Shown here: piece by piece, positions 23,375-33,468 of the stretch
Layout of the letters: each line of letters begins with the position of its first letter
How positions within the stretch are numbered: the first letter of the stretch is position 1
NCBI GenBank assembly: GCA_010356995.1
Contig: ML996710.1
Coordinates: 258,936 to 292,403, forward strand
Direction: 5' to 3'
Source: Trichodelitschia bisporula
Lineage: Eukaryota
Length of the DNA: 33,468 nucleotides
Program-made: the position numbers and the translations under genes
Notes under the pieces: generated by a model
The model's database searches: none
What the model was told of the DNA's origin: nothing
What the model saw: only the letters and a program-made list of their open reading frames with translations

Positions 23375-24286
23375 ATGCTGTCCTCCGTCGCTCTTTTCGC
23401 AGTCCTGGTGCCCGCTGCGCTCGCGCAGGGCGGATGTTCGCCACTTGAGCTGATCTACGCCCGGTAGATCCTCCCCCCCCCCCCGATGAATGGATGAAGC
23501 TGACCTGCTAGTGCGACCACCGAGCCGCCCGCCAAGTACTCCGCAGGACAATTCGACACCGCCGCCGCGCGGTCCTGGAGCAAGGGCTACGGCGCCGCGG
23601 GATACAGTCTGTTTACGAATGTGTCGGCGCTGATTCCGGGCGCGACGGGGTATCCGGTGCATTACCCGGCTGATATGGGCGGGAGCTCGCCGAATGAGGG
23701 CACCGCGGATATGTTGAAGCATATTGAGGAGAGGGCGAAGGCGTGTCCGCAACAGAAGTATGCTCTTGGGGGGCACAGCCAGGTGCGTGATAGAGGGACA
23801 TGATGAGAGGGGGGAGCTAATGTGGTCAGGGTGGATTTGTGACCACTGGTGCTATCCCGAAGATGCCGGCCAACATCCTCTCGCGCATCGTCGCGGTGAC
23901 TATGTTCGGCAGCCCCGCCTGCCCGACGCAGGTGCGCAACCGCTGCATCTCGTACTGCCAGTCCGGCGACAGTGTGTGCGCCAGCCGCGGTGGGGGCAGC
24001 CCGAAGGGCGCGAAGGGCGCGAAGCTCGGCGGTTTGGTGGAAAGGGAGGCGCTGTGGGCGATGGCGGCGCCGGAGTGTGCGCAGTATGCTAGCAAGCCGA
24101 CGAGTGGGCTGGGAAAGGGCGGGCATTTGGGGTACAATGCTGGTGAGTGGGGAGAGCGAGGAGATGGGATTGTGATGCTAATGGGGTACAGATGGCTTGT
24201 ATGTCCGGGCGGCAGCGTGCTACATCGCGGCGCAGTTCAACAAGGGCGGTGGAGCTGCGGGGGGTGCGGCGGCGCTGGAGCAATAG
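23375..24286 (+). CDS. Secreted carbohydrate esterase family 5 (cutinase/acetylxylan esterase-like), ~255 aa
   Basis: Exons 23375-23463, 23512-23782, 23830-24142, 24192-24286; signal peptide, C..LELIYARATTEP, VHYPA, CPQQKYALGGHSQGG, MFGSP, YCQSGDSVC, GHLGY; TATAA at 23310-23314. Confidence 0.9.
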
Positions 24287-24586
24287 TTGAGTATGTATAT
24301 GCAATTCGAGAGCTGATGACTTTGTTGTTGCGTTCATGCTGCGAGCGTTGAAGAGCGATAATGGGGATGAAGTCGGGATGTTGGTGTTGAGAGGGGATGG
24401 AGGGCCCCCTAAAGAAGTCGTAGCTGCCCGGTCCGCAAAAGCGCTAGAATCAGGCGGCTACGACTTTCTCAGTTGCCCGGTGGACCATGGGCTGACAAAG
24501 CATCAACACTTTCGGACAACAACACTTCGCCGCATTCCCAGAACGTCTTTACACTACATCTAAACGCAGTACCATCATCACACTCC

Positions 24587-25751
24587 TCACTTCGCTACGG
24601 CAAACATAATGTTCATCAACGCCATCTCCTCCGCCATCCCACCGCCATGCTGCGTGCGCCTACTTCCATCAGCTCTCTCCGCTTCCTGGGCGCACAAGAC
24701 TTACGGTGGATGTAGTCCATGATCGTAAAACGCCTCAATGGTGACATTATCCCCCTTGACCACCTTGACCGGATCATTGCATATGGTCATATGGTCGATG
24801 GTGAGCCACTCACCCACACCAGACCGGCCATACACCGCCTGGCTGTCGCAGACTTGCTTCCCATTCACGAGAACGAGGATATTGACCCCGCCGTCTAGGA
24901 CCGTCAGCCCGATCTCTAAAAGAAGCAGACAAGCAGAACAACCCACCATGAACATGCCCCCTCGCCGTCACAATATACCCATCTGCCACCACCCTAATCG
25001 GCGCCTTGCTCTTCACACTCCACTTCGTCTGCCCCGCCGGCGCCTTGAACACCCCCCCTCCAAACAGCGAATCGCACTGCCCCGCCGCAACAACCTGCAC
25101 ACTCGTCTCCATCAGCCCCTCCGGCCGGCCAGGCACGTACTCGATCTCCGCAACACTGTACACCGTCTGCTGCTCCGCCCGATAATTAACCACATCCCCA
25201 CCAAGCACCACCCGATCCCTCTCCCCCACCCAGTAACCCGCATTGAACAGCCCATCCCGCGTACTGTACAACACGTCTCCGCGGTCCTCACTTCCGCCCA
25301 TAAAAATACTCACCGGACTCGCCACCCCGCCCCTCGTCCCGCACCCAAAAACCCCTTTCTCCCTATGATCCAAATCCACAAACATGAGATGGTGATTATA
25401 CACCCCCGCGCCCATCCCCGCCGCCGCCCCATCGGCAAACACAACGCTCGCATTCCCCCTCAGCAGCGTCACCCCGCGCGGCCACGCCCCATCCGCGCTG
25501 TAGCTCCACGCCGTCCCCGCGGGGTCCATGCTGAGCGCGTTCCCCGTCCGGGCACTTGCGTTTGCGGCCTTGAGCACGTGCGGCCCGTACCAGATTCGTT
25601 GGCGGATGGCGCCGGCGCGCAGGACGGTTGGGGGGAGGGACTCGATTTTGAAGGGCGCGAGGGGGGCGGGAGCGCTGAAGAGCTGCCGCGGGGAGAGGGT
25701 TGGGGGTAGCGCGGCGGCGCTGGCGGCGAGGAAGAGGGTGGGCAGATGCAT
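24587..25751 (-). CDS. Uncharacterised secreted protein, ~355 aa, with copper type II monooxygenase-like (PHM/DBH, SURNod19-like) motifs
   Basis: Exons 25751-24947, 24894-24705, 24659-24587 with canonical splice and branch sites; signal peptide MHLPTLFLAASAAA; GVYNHHLMF, ARGHVHDGG, C-terminal EEMALM. The gene model is solid; the function is inferred. Confidence 0.82.
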
Positions 25752-26567
25752 CGTAGGTGGTGGAGGGGGTGGTGGGTGTTGGGGGAGTGGGGGGGAGGCA
25801 GGGCGGCGGAGAGGCGGGGTATACATACCGACCGGGACGAGGGTATACGACGCGCATATTGAGCCACGCGCGCTGCTAAATGGTGATGTGTGCTCCGTGG
25901 AGGGACCGTGGAGTATGATGGGTTTTAAAATGGGCCACGGAAGGCTGTTCAATATACCCATGGCTACGGACAGGGTGCTGAGTCAGCTCGTGTAAGTTGT
26001 CCTCTGCGTGTAGGATACGGCGAGGGCGGCCTACGGGAGGGAAGACCGGCGGCGCTGGTACTTGGGCTGTATGTGGACTGGATGAAGATGAGCGTCGGGG
26101 ATAGGATTGAGTCTGAAGTTGGGGGAGAAGTGCTACGGAGTGTCGTTGTCGTTTTAGCATGTATAGTTAGTTTCTCTAAGTATTAGATATAACCATGCTT
26201 CCGATAGGACGTAGGGACGGGCTACGGGAAACTCGTGCGTATGGGCTAGACGGCGATAGATGATGTCAGCTGCAAGGGTGGTCCGGCTTGCAGCCTTTTG
26301 CGCTGCAGATCTTCAGTCTTGCGGCAGCGCGAGGCTGGCGATTATGTGTTACGGTAGTCTCCTCGGAATCACGCGGTGCGAATCGAAACAATCGTCAGAC
26401 CCGGTTCATTTGGGATATCGCCATCGAAATCCTTCATCCCATCATCAACGGACCGGCCGTGAAATTCAATCCACCGCATTCTGCATACCAAAGTCCCAAA
26501 ACTCCACAGTGGCCCATACGATCCAGCCAATTTAGTCTCCAAGCCCACCTCACCCACCACCAACCAC

Positions 26568-28805
26568 CTAAGCCAACGTCATAGTCTCCCCACTCGGCAT
26601 CCTCGCCCCATACTCCAACTTCAGCACACAAGCCTGCCCCTTCCCCAAAGACACATTAAACGCAATCTCTCCCCCCTTCTTCAGCACCGCCGTCGCCCGC
26701 CCCCACTCCTTCCGCCCCTCCACCGCACTCCCCCCAGTCTTCACCGCATCCCCCTCCCGCCCCAACCCCCTCGGCTCCAAAATCTCAATCTTGAGGCGCT
26801 CATCCTGGCTCACCGGCACCTGGTCCAGAACAAGCAGCTCCACGGGCGTGCTCTTGTTGTTGGTTAGGATAACGGAGCGCGTGTACTGGTGGCTGCTTTC
26901 TTTGCTTAGGAAGCCGAGCGTCGCGCGGTGCACCGTCGGCTTCGTATAGCTGACATGCAGCGCCGGATCGACTCCGAGGGAAAGGATGAAGGTTTGACCC
27001 GGCGCCACGCGCGTGAGCACAGTGTTCCCGAGGAAACTCCCATCCAGCGTAACTCCCGCATTCCCGCGCAGCAGCGTAACAGCCGAACTCGGATTGCGCA
27101 CCCGGGCACGCAGAAACGCACTCGCGCGCAACTTCGGGACTGCAATATGGCTCAGGACGATATTCGTCGCCGTGAGCGTTACGATCTTGTGCCTCCGTGC
27201 CAGAGACGAGGGGGCCAGGGTGCGCGTGCCCGGGATTTCGTAAGTCGCAGTTAGGCCGTAGTCCTCCCAGGTTGATTCTTGGAAATCAATGGCCGACTCC
27301 GAGGGCGAGGAGGCGCCGGGGGCGGAGCGGCTGGGGTGGGGCGCGTCCTGGAAGGCGTATGCCAGTTGAATCTTCTGTTGCTGCTCATGCAGTAGCAGTT
27401 GTTGTTGCTGATGCTGCAGTGATATTGGTGCCATTTGCTGGGCGCTGTACATGGCCATTGCCGGCGCCTGCTGCGGCGGGGGAGGGGCGGCGTTGCTGTT
27501 CCCGAAGAGGCCAGTTGTGTTACTGCTGCCGAAGACGCCGCCGCCGCCGGCTTGGGCTGGTTCGGGATACTGCTGCCGCGCCATCCACATCATTTTCTTC
27601 GATGGTGCGCCCATGTTTTTCTCCTTCATGTTCAGCCGCTGCATGTACCCCCCCGGACCCACTTCCTGCGCGTTCAGCAGAGCGTCGCCGTCGGCACTGT
27701 ACCCTAGCTTCACGTTCCACACGTTCATGGTTGGCGGCTTGTCGTCGAGGCCTGAGAAACTGGTCTGCGACGTGCTGAGGCTGACCTTCGCATCGCGCCA
27801 CGTCTCGGACGTGTGGTTCGAGAGTTCGGCGCGGTACGTGATGCTCGCCGTCTTGTTGACGGACGAGACATCGATGTCATACCGCGGGGTCCAGAACGCA
27901 TCGGTCGTCACATACGACAGCTGCAGCGAGACATTGCGCTCTACCTGCTCCGTCCCCTCGTCGAGCTCCTCCGGCGAATTCTTAGACAACGTAACCGACC
28001 CGATCGAGCCGCGCCGCGAGCCAGCCGGCGTGTCGACCGCGGACTCAAGGTTGAGCTTAATGCGGTACGTCTTCAAGGGCCAGAACTTCTCATGCTCGGC
28101 GCGCACCCGGCGTGCCTCGCGACGGAGTTCCTCGCGCTGGCGCCGCGCGGCCCAGCGTGCCGCGTTCTTCTCTTTGAGGGCGGCGACCTTCGCGCGCTGC
28201 GGCTCTTTGTTGGCGCGTTTGCGCTCGGATTCCTTGCGCGCGCGCTGCTTGGTCAGGGAGGCGATGGTGTCGGTAGCGGACTGGCGGATGCCGAAGAGTC
28301 TGTCACGTTCCTTCTCGTAGACAGCGAGGGCATTGCTCAGGGCCTCGGCGGTGCATTCCTTGACTTTAATGTCGGAGAAGTAGGACTGCAGGGTCGCGAA
28401 TTGCTGGTCCACGGAGCCGATGCGGTCTTCCTCGGCGGTGAGTTTGGCGCTCAGCTCTTTAATTTCCTTAGAGAGGGCCTTGACGGTAGGGATGTCGTCG
28501 TCGCTGCACGACTCCTCGTCCGAGGAGTCTTCTTCGCTTTCGGACTCCGAGGGGTACACGTCTTCGAATTCCTCCTTGTTGGGCACGAGGTCGACGGTGA
28601 TGTCGGTGATGGTGACGGATTTGCCACGACCTTCAATTTGGACGGACTGCTCGTCGACGGCGGGGGCGAGACCGTGGATTTCGATCTCGTTGAGGCCTGG
28701 CGCGAGTTGGATGTCGGGGATGTTGCGGACGATGTGGGCGCGGGACGGGTAGAGCGTGACGGATTTGGTGGGGAGGTCCTTGACCTCGAAGATTTGAGGT
28801 GCCAT
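26568..28805 (-). CDS. DUF4140/DUF4139 domain protein (mucoidy-inhibitor-A-like), ~745 aa
   Basis: Intronless ORF with likely start MAPQIFEV; SVTLYPSRAHIVR, coiled-coil middle, LSYVTTDAFWTPRYDI, NHTSETWRDAKVSLST, DGSFLG, LSLGVDP, VLDQVPVSQDERLKI. Confidence 0.9.
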   Translation of the reverse strand: MAPQIFEVKDLPTKSVTLYPSRAHIVRNIPDIQLAPGLNEIEIHGLAPAVDEQSVQIEGRGKSVTITDITVDLVPNKEEFEDVYPSESESEEDSSDEESCSDDDIPTVKALSKEIKELSAKLTAEEDRIGSVDQQFATLQSYFSDIKVKECTAEALSNALAVYEKERDRLFGIRQSATDTIASLTKQRARKESERKRANKEPQRAKVAALKEKNAARWAARRQREELRREARRVRAEHEKFWPLKTYRIKLNLESAVDTPAGSRRGSIGSVTLSKNSPEELDEGTEQVERNVSLQLSYVTTDAFWTPRYDIDVSSVNKTASITYRAELSNHTSETWRDAKVSLSTSQTSFSGLDDKPPTMNVWNVKLGYSADGDALLNAQEVGPGGYMQRLNMKEKNMGAPSKKMMWMARQQYPEPAQAGGGGVFGSSNTTGLFGNSNAAPPPPQQAPAMAMYSAQQMAPISLQHQQQQLLLHEQQQKIQLAYAFQDAPHPSRSAPGASSPSESAIDFQESTWEDYGLTATYEIPGTRTLAPSSLARRHKIVTLTATNIVLSHIAVPKLRASAFLRARVRNPSSAVTLLRGNAGVTLDGSFLGNTVLTRVAPGQTFILSLGVDPALHVSYTKPTVHRATLGFLSKESSHQYTRSVILTNNKSTPVELLVLDQVPVSQDERLKIEILEPRGLGREGDAVKTGGSAVEGRKEWGRATAVLKKGGEIAFNVSLGKGQACVLKLEYGARMPSGETMTLA

Positions 28806-29764
28806 GCTGTATGACTGCTGGATGGTGCGATAATAAGCAGGATCGTGTATCACAAATGACGAGAGTTTGAATGGTGGAGTTGAGATGGCAAAAGACGGGC
28901 GGATGAAGAGACAGGAGAACAGAGGGGGCGCGTCCCTTTTATGCACGATTCCCGAGCACTCGCTGCTGGCTAATGTGTTACAGTATAATCATTGATTGCG
29001 GGTGTACATCTATGATTTGGCCCTCCGTACGCATACTTTGACTTGACGCTCTTGTCCCGCAGCTGGCGCCTCAACGGCTGCCTGCCCCGACCGGTGTGCA
29101 CCTGTGGCTTGATTGGCGTTCGGTGGCTGTGGCTGGTGGGGGTGATGTGGCTTGAAAGTGGGGGGCTGCGGGGAAATTGAGGGGTTGCCAAGTGCGTTGC
29201 ACAGCCTTGTGCGGGGGGCTAGGAAATGATTGCCAGCCTTTGGCTTGTTTTTGTGGAGGCGCAAGGTGTTCACTTTACGAAGGAGGAAAAGGGGTGAGAA
29301 CGCGAGGGAAGGAAGCGCTGCGGCAAGTACGGTACGATGGTCATGGTAAACGCTGTGACGTCGTGCTGAATGGCCAGAGAGATGTGGATGTGTTAAAATG
29401 AAGTGTGAACTTGACTGAGTTGCTTAATCGACTAGCAGTGGGAAGTGAGCTGACTATAAACATCGCCAGGAGACGATCCCTGTCTCTTGACTCCACTCCA
29501 GCCACCCCAAGTTGCCGCCACAAATTCAACAGATGCCCCAGGCCGAATACTAGCAAGGTTTTCCTGAGATCGGTACTTCGACGTCGTCTCCCATCTTCCT
29601 TCTCATCCCAACTTCACCACTCATCATCACAAAGTCCTTAGTCCTTTATTGTATCGCGTCATTGCCAATTCTGGTCAAGCAAAGTCCCAGTAGAGAGCAA
29701 ATGCCTTTTGTCCCAGTCCGAAGGCCAACAGGTGCGCGAATCGACATTGCGGCATCTCAGTCCT

Positions 29765-29939
29765 AGTCGCAGTCATGCTAATCCCGCGCGATGAAAATCA
29801 TATGGAAACGGGATAAGATTGTGGTCTGGAAATTGACGTTTTCACCCGGAGACCTGAGATCGTCATACCGTCCGAAAATCGTGTTCGCGGCGTTGAGGAC
29901 GCTCGTACGCGAGCTGAGAATCGTGGTGATCCCCGCCTT
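29765..29939 (-). pseudogene. mcm5: Isolated fragment of MCM replicative helicase subunit 5 (AAA+ sensor-1/arginine-finger region)
   Basis: [55 protein letters not shown] matches the MCM5-type string [52 protein letters not shown]; no MCM-like sequence is visible on either side. Confidence 0.9.
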
Positions 29940-30713
29940 AGAGGCTAGGTCTTCATACAACTTCATAAGTAGATATCGGAGCCGTTTAAAATGAGTGCTG
30001 AGTTGCTTAATTTTTAACTTTCAGGGCCATGCGCGGCCTTGATGCGTGCCCTCGCCGATCGCTTCTGGTGTTGCCATCATGGTGATCTGCCTTTGATAAT
30101 CTAGCGGAAGACACAACGAAAGAGCAACTCCCAGCCAAGCAGCAATGAAAGAATCAAAAAGGGAAGGACTCGATAATCCAGAAGCTACGGATCGCCAGCT
30201 GCCATGGGGAGAAAAAATGCTCCTGGTTTCTCTTGCAACAGACGCGTCGCTACTATGTGACATGGTCTCAGCGCGCCAGGCCCTGCCAGGGCGTTGCTGA
30301 ACCATACCACGTGATGCAGCCGCTCGGTGCCAAGCCCAGTGTCCACTGCCACCCCGCACCTGCATTCCACTTCTAGACCTTTCACGTTTCCTCTTCATAG
30401 CAGTATTTTCAGTCATACACGCATTCTGTGCATTCAATGTCCCAGACGTTGCCCGTGACACTATGGCAGCAGCTACCGCCCCGTCGAGGGTTCCAAAATC
30501 TGAAATGTGGAGGATGCTTTGGAAGTCTGGCAGGCCGAGCCTCCCACCTACAATTCCACCGGAACTGCTTCTGGCCCACTGGCACTGATATTTTCCTTCA
30601 CTAGTACTCCGCTATCCAAGTTCCAATATCATACACGCCCGCCATAAGGAGATGCTGAAATATTTACGTCCCGCACCATCGCCATTCAGTATACTTTAAC
30701 CAAATCAGCTATC

Positions 30714-31665
30714 ATGACCGACGTCCTGGGCTTCCCAATCCATGTACGTTTCTCACCGCAACGGCGATTGCAAAGGGGCCAGCATGCTAACCGAATAGGG
30801 AGTGAATGTTCTCGTGCACAAAGCATACGGGGCGCTATTCTTCTTCAAGGACGGGTGCGTTGTGGGCATTCTCCTCCCGGATGACTGCGTCGCCGTCCGC
30901 ATCGACAACATGGACCCGGATGTGACCCCGGAGCAAATCTTCATCTCGTACTTCCGCAAACAATATGTCACCGAGGCGGATGTTACGATCGTCAACAAGG
31001 ACGACTCGTCATACCGCCAAGGGACGGAGAAGGTATCGACGATTGTGAAGGTGCCGACCTCGGCCGTCGGCAAGCGCTTCTGCGTACTGAATGCACATTT
31101 CGACGCACTGAACGGAAAACTGGACCCACATTGGCTCATCCACTCACCATCGAAGTCCGGTCTGCGTACCTTTGATTGCCACCGCATTCTAGTATCGTGG
31201 CTCGAGGCCAAACAGAAGGCCCTGGACGTAGCCCGCAGTACGCTGGTGCAGGAAGGCGCTGTTCCTTGGACTGCTCGAATGAGGGCCCCCTGAGGCGTAG
31301 CACGTATTCGCTTCAGGAACGAGAGCGACGTGTACAACGTCTTGAAGACAATAGCCAACTCTCCGAAGTTTAAAGATCTTGAGGCCTCGCAGATCTTTTC
31401 CGTCAAATTTTGTATTCCATACGCCCTCGTAACGGCAAGTACGTCTCAGCTGGAGCCTCTTAAGGCCCGGGCTGTTGCAAGCAAGGTTCAGATTAGCTTT
31501 CGGAGAGTACATGGGCACGACGGGGATCTTTACAACGTCATCATCTTCGAGAGCCTGAACAAGGATTGTCTGACCTCCACCACTCGTGAGTTGGAGACTC
31601 TGCTGGAAAGCGGTGGCTGTGTTCAGCCTTACCAAGTTTCAGCCACAGGGCTCAAGTATAAGTAG
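30714..31665 (+). pseudogene. Truncated, stop-interrupted gene resembling the N-terminal region of fungal RBR/IBR-domain proteins (tentative)
   Basis: ATG at 30714, intron 30744-30798 (GTACGT..GCTAAC..TAG), ORF to TGA 31291-31293 that continues in the same frame to 31665. The 3' part overlaps repeat copy B. The family call rests on remembered motifs (GALFFFKDG..LPDDCVAVRI; CHRILVSW). Confidence 0.6.
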
Positions 31666-31775
31666 ACTCGGGATCCCCACCTCTTTGACAATCAAGCAAC
31701 TAGTTTATGGACACACCTTTGGTCCAACTTATGATGCTGTGATGTCTCCCTTGATCACACATCCCCTTTTAACAG
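31600..31775 (+). repeat. Dispersed 176-bp repeat, copy B
   Basis: ~89% identical to 14468-14643 by hand count. Confidence 0.92.
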
Positions 31776-32014
31776 TGTCACGGGGTGCGCTTGGTCACAA
31801 TGAACACCTTTGGGAAAACAGTGAAGGTCGCGTAAGCAAGAGAGTATGCACTCTACACTTGGGATGGGTATTTGACGGGCTGGCTGCACGGGTGATTGTT
31901 GAGGATCAGAAACAGAGCGAGCGGATAACCTTCGAGAAGGTGATCGGGCTTGCTATATGGATTGGTATCGATGCCCGAGTAATCGTTGTCCCGGCCCGGC
32001 GGGTGGAGGCTCGT

Positions 32015-32701
32015 CATCGAGTTAGCCTTGCGCCCTGAAATGGCTTCTCCCACGCGCGCCGCACGACACCCGTGCTCCCGAAATCTGGCGTCACGCACGT
32101 GTGCTGCCCGTGCGGCACATTACGGTCGCCAGTCAACCTAACGCCCAGCAACTAGCCCTTGTACATTCCGTTCATCCACCAGCGTGCCCGACACACCCGC
32201 CTCGATACCCCTCGCGAGCCACGTGAGCAGTCTGCGCTCGAGCAGCGCGGCCTCCGGGGCGGAGAAGGGCAGTTAAATGGGCGCGTCAAGCTGCAGCAGC
32301 ACGAGGAACTCCTCGCCGCGGCCGTGGTAGTCGCCGGCCCAGATGCCGCGGTATGGGCGGGATGGTGTGACGGTCACGGCCTTTTCGGACAGTGAGGCCC
32401 AGGTCGCGAACTCGAAGGTCGGGTTGTAGGGCAGCTTGGGGAGGAGGGAGAGGATTTGCAGCTTGTTACGCGGGATGCGGAAGGAGGCGGTGCTCATGTC
32501 GGCGGTGGGGGTGGGGGTGTGGTCCGCGTGGAGGGCGTCTTCGATGAAGGCTTTCCAGAGCAGGTCGCCTTGGGCATGGGTGCGGAGGGCGTGGGATGTT
32601 CGCGCGAGGAGGTCGTGAGACGGGGGGAAGGGAAGCCTAGTCGAAGCAGCGGCAGGGGTGGCGCAGGTGAGGCTGGTGGCGCGGGTGGAAGTGGCGCTCA
32701 A
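32015..32701 (-). pseudogene. Fungal F-box protein (FBXO31/cyclin-D1-binding-like C-terminal domain), pseudogene
   Basis: TPSRPYRGIWAGDYHGRGEEFLVLLQ, TAA at 32275-32273, a frameshift near 32170, then GMYKG*LLGVRLTGDRNVPHGQHTCVTPDFG..EKPFQGARL (family pattern GIWVGDYSGHGCEFL..KLTGDPNVPRGEYTF). Confidence 0.7.
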
Positions 32702-33182
32702 GAATCGGGCTCGCTGTGTAAGATCTCAGATGGCGTACGCAGGATTATTCGCCTAGCATACCAACATAGCTTCACGTCAGTTTTATCAATGGAGGCTGAT
32801 GAGAGGATTTGTATGCGTGACCGTCTCCCTTTTCCGGCTTATACCAGGTTGAGCTAGGGCCTAATTCCGTCTTCATAAAAGCTCTGCTCGACACAAGAAC
32901 TGGGAGTGGCAAACATTGAACACAGCCACCACATTCCATCATATCTTCTCTATGCACCGAAGGAATGGTTAATTCCAGATGTTTCCACATCCCCGATGCA
33001 TTGAAGCTAGTACATCACTGACGTGGCGGCATTTTATACACAACCGTTACTATTTGTTATTGGAGTGTTTGATTTCAAAGCCGTACCATTTATTTGTAAT
33101 CCATTGCCACTTGTGCTCCTAAAAAGGTATAAAAAAACAATGGCTGCAACGGAGGTGGGTGGGGAGGAGGTTAAGAGACGCT

Positions 33183-33468
33183 TCAACAAGTGAATTCCAT
33201 CCACAGTACTCGGCCAGATGAATACCCCAATCCAATCCTACCCCCGTGAACGGCGATGACGGTCGGACTGCGATACCCGACTGGAAGCCAAAGACGTTTT
33301 TCCGCGCCTATGGTTATCCATTCCTCGACAATTCTGAAACGTGGGGGATCCGATCCGGAGCCTGGCGACTGCTTGCCGTACAGCCAGAAGGCCACGGCGT
33401 TGATATCCGACTGGCGCCAGGGCGTCTGCAGCGCCTTTCCCGAGCCGGCGTCCCACAGCCTGACCGTC
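33183..33468 (-). CDS. 3' end of a HET-E-like WD40-repeat protein (probable NACHT-WD40 NLR), cut by the window edge
   Basis: Open frame from the edge: TVRLWDAGSGKALQT..INAVAF, then the typical NWD tail WI....LWLPVGYR...AVHGGRIGLGYSSGRV. The NACHT domain is not in the window. Confidence 0.82.
   Translation of the reverse strand, partial: TVRLWDAGSGKALQTPWRQSDINAVAFWLYGKQSPGSGSDPPRFRIVEEWITIGAEKRLWLPVGYRSPTVIAVHGGRIGLGYSSGRVLWMEFTC

Noticed and set aside
25990..26360. TA-enriched LTR-like stretch
   Set aside because: No definable termini or TSD.
27451..28814. Long plus-strand ORFs (289 and 333 aa); likewise 24738-25709 and 17474-18337
   Set aside because: Antisense shadows of GC-rich genes with no motifs of their own.
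28806..28946. Upstream in-frame ATG extending the DUF4139 ORF to 792 aa
   Set aside because: The extension looks like 5' UTR; family similarity begins after MAPQIFEV.

Overview
Eukaryotic DNA from a filamentous ascomycete (short GT-AG introns with CTRAC/CTAAT branch sites; Dothideomycete-like by inference). Nine apparently intact genes can be spliced by hand: an APC amino-acid permease, a secreted A1 aspartic protease, a secreted SGNH hydrolase, a Ure2p-like GST, a secreted GH5 (subfamily 16-like), a secreted S10 carboxypeptidase, a CE5 cutinase-family esterase, an uncharacterised secreted protein with PHM/DBH-type copper-ligand motifs, and a DUF4140/DUF4139 protein. The 3' end of a HET-E-like WD40 (probable NLR) gene sits at the right edge. 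Between the genes is much decayed DNA: a hemerythrin (HHE) pseudogene split by a 370-bp solo LTR with a perfect 5-bp TSD, an isolated MCM5 fragment, pseudogenes resembling F-box, RBR-type and MARVEL proteins, a foldback with ~87-bp arms, two dispersed repeat families, an interstitial (CCCTAA)n tract, and a 297-bp tandem array built from a diverged copy of the GH5 gene's 3' end. All family assignments come from motif recognition by eye; no searches were run.
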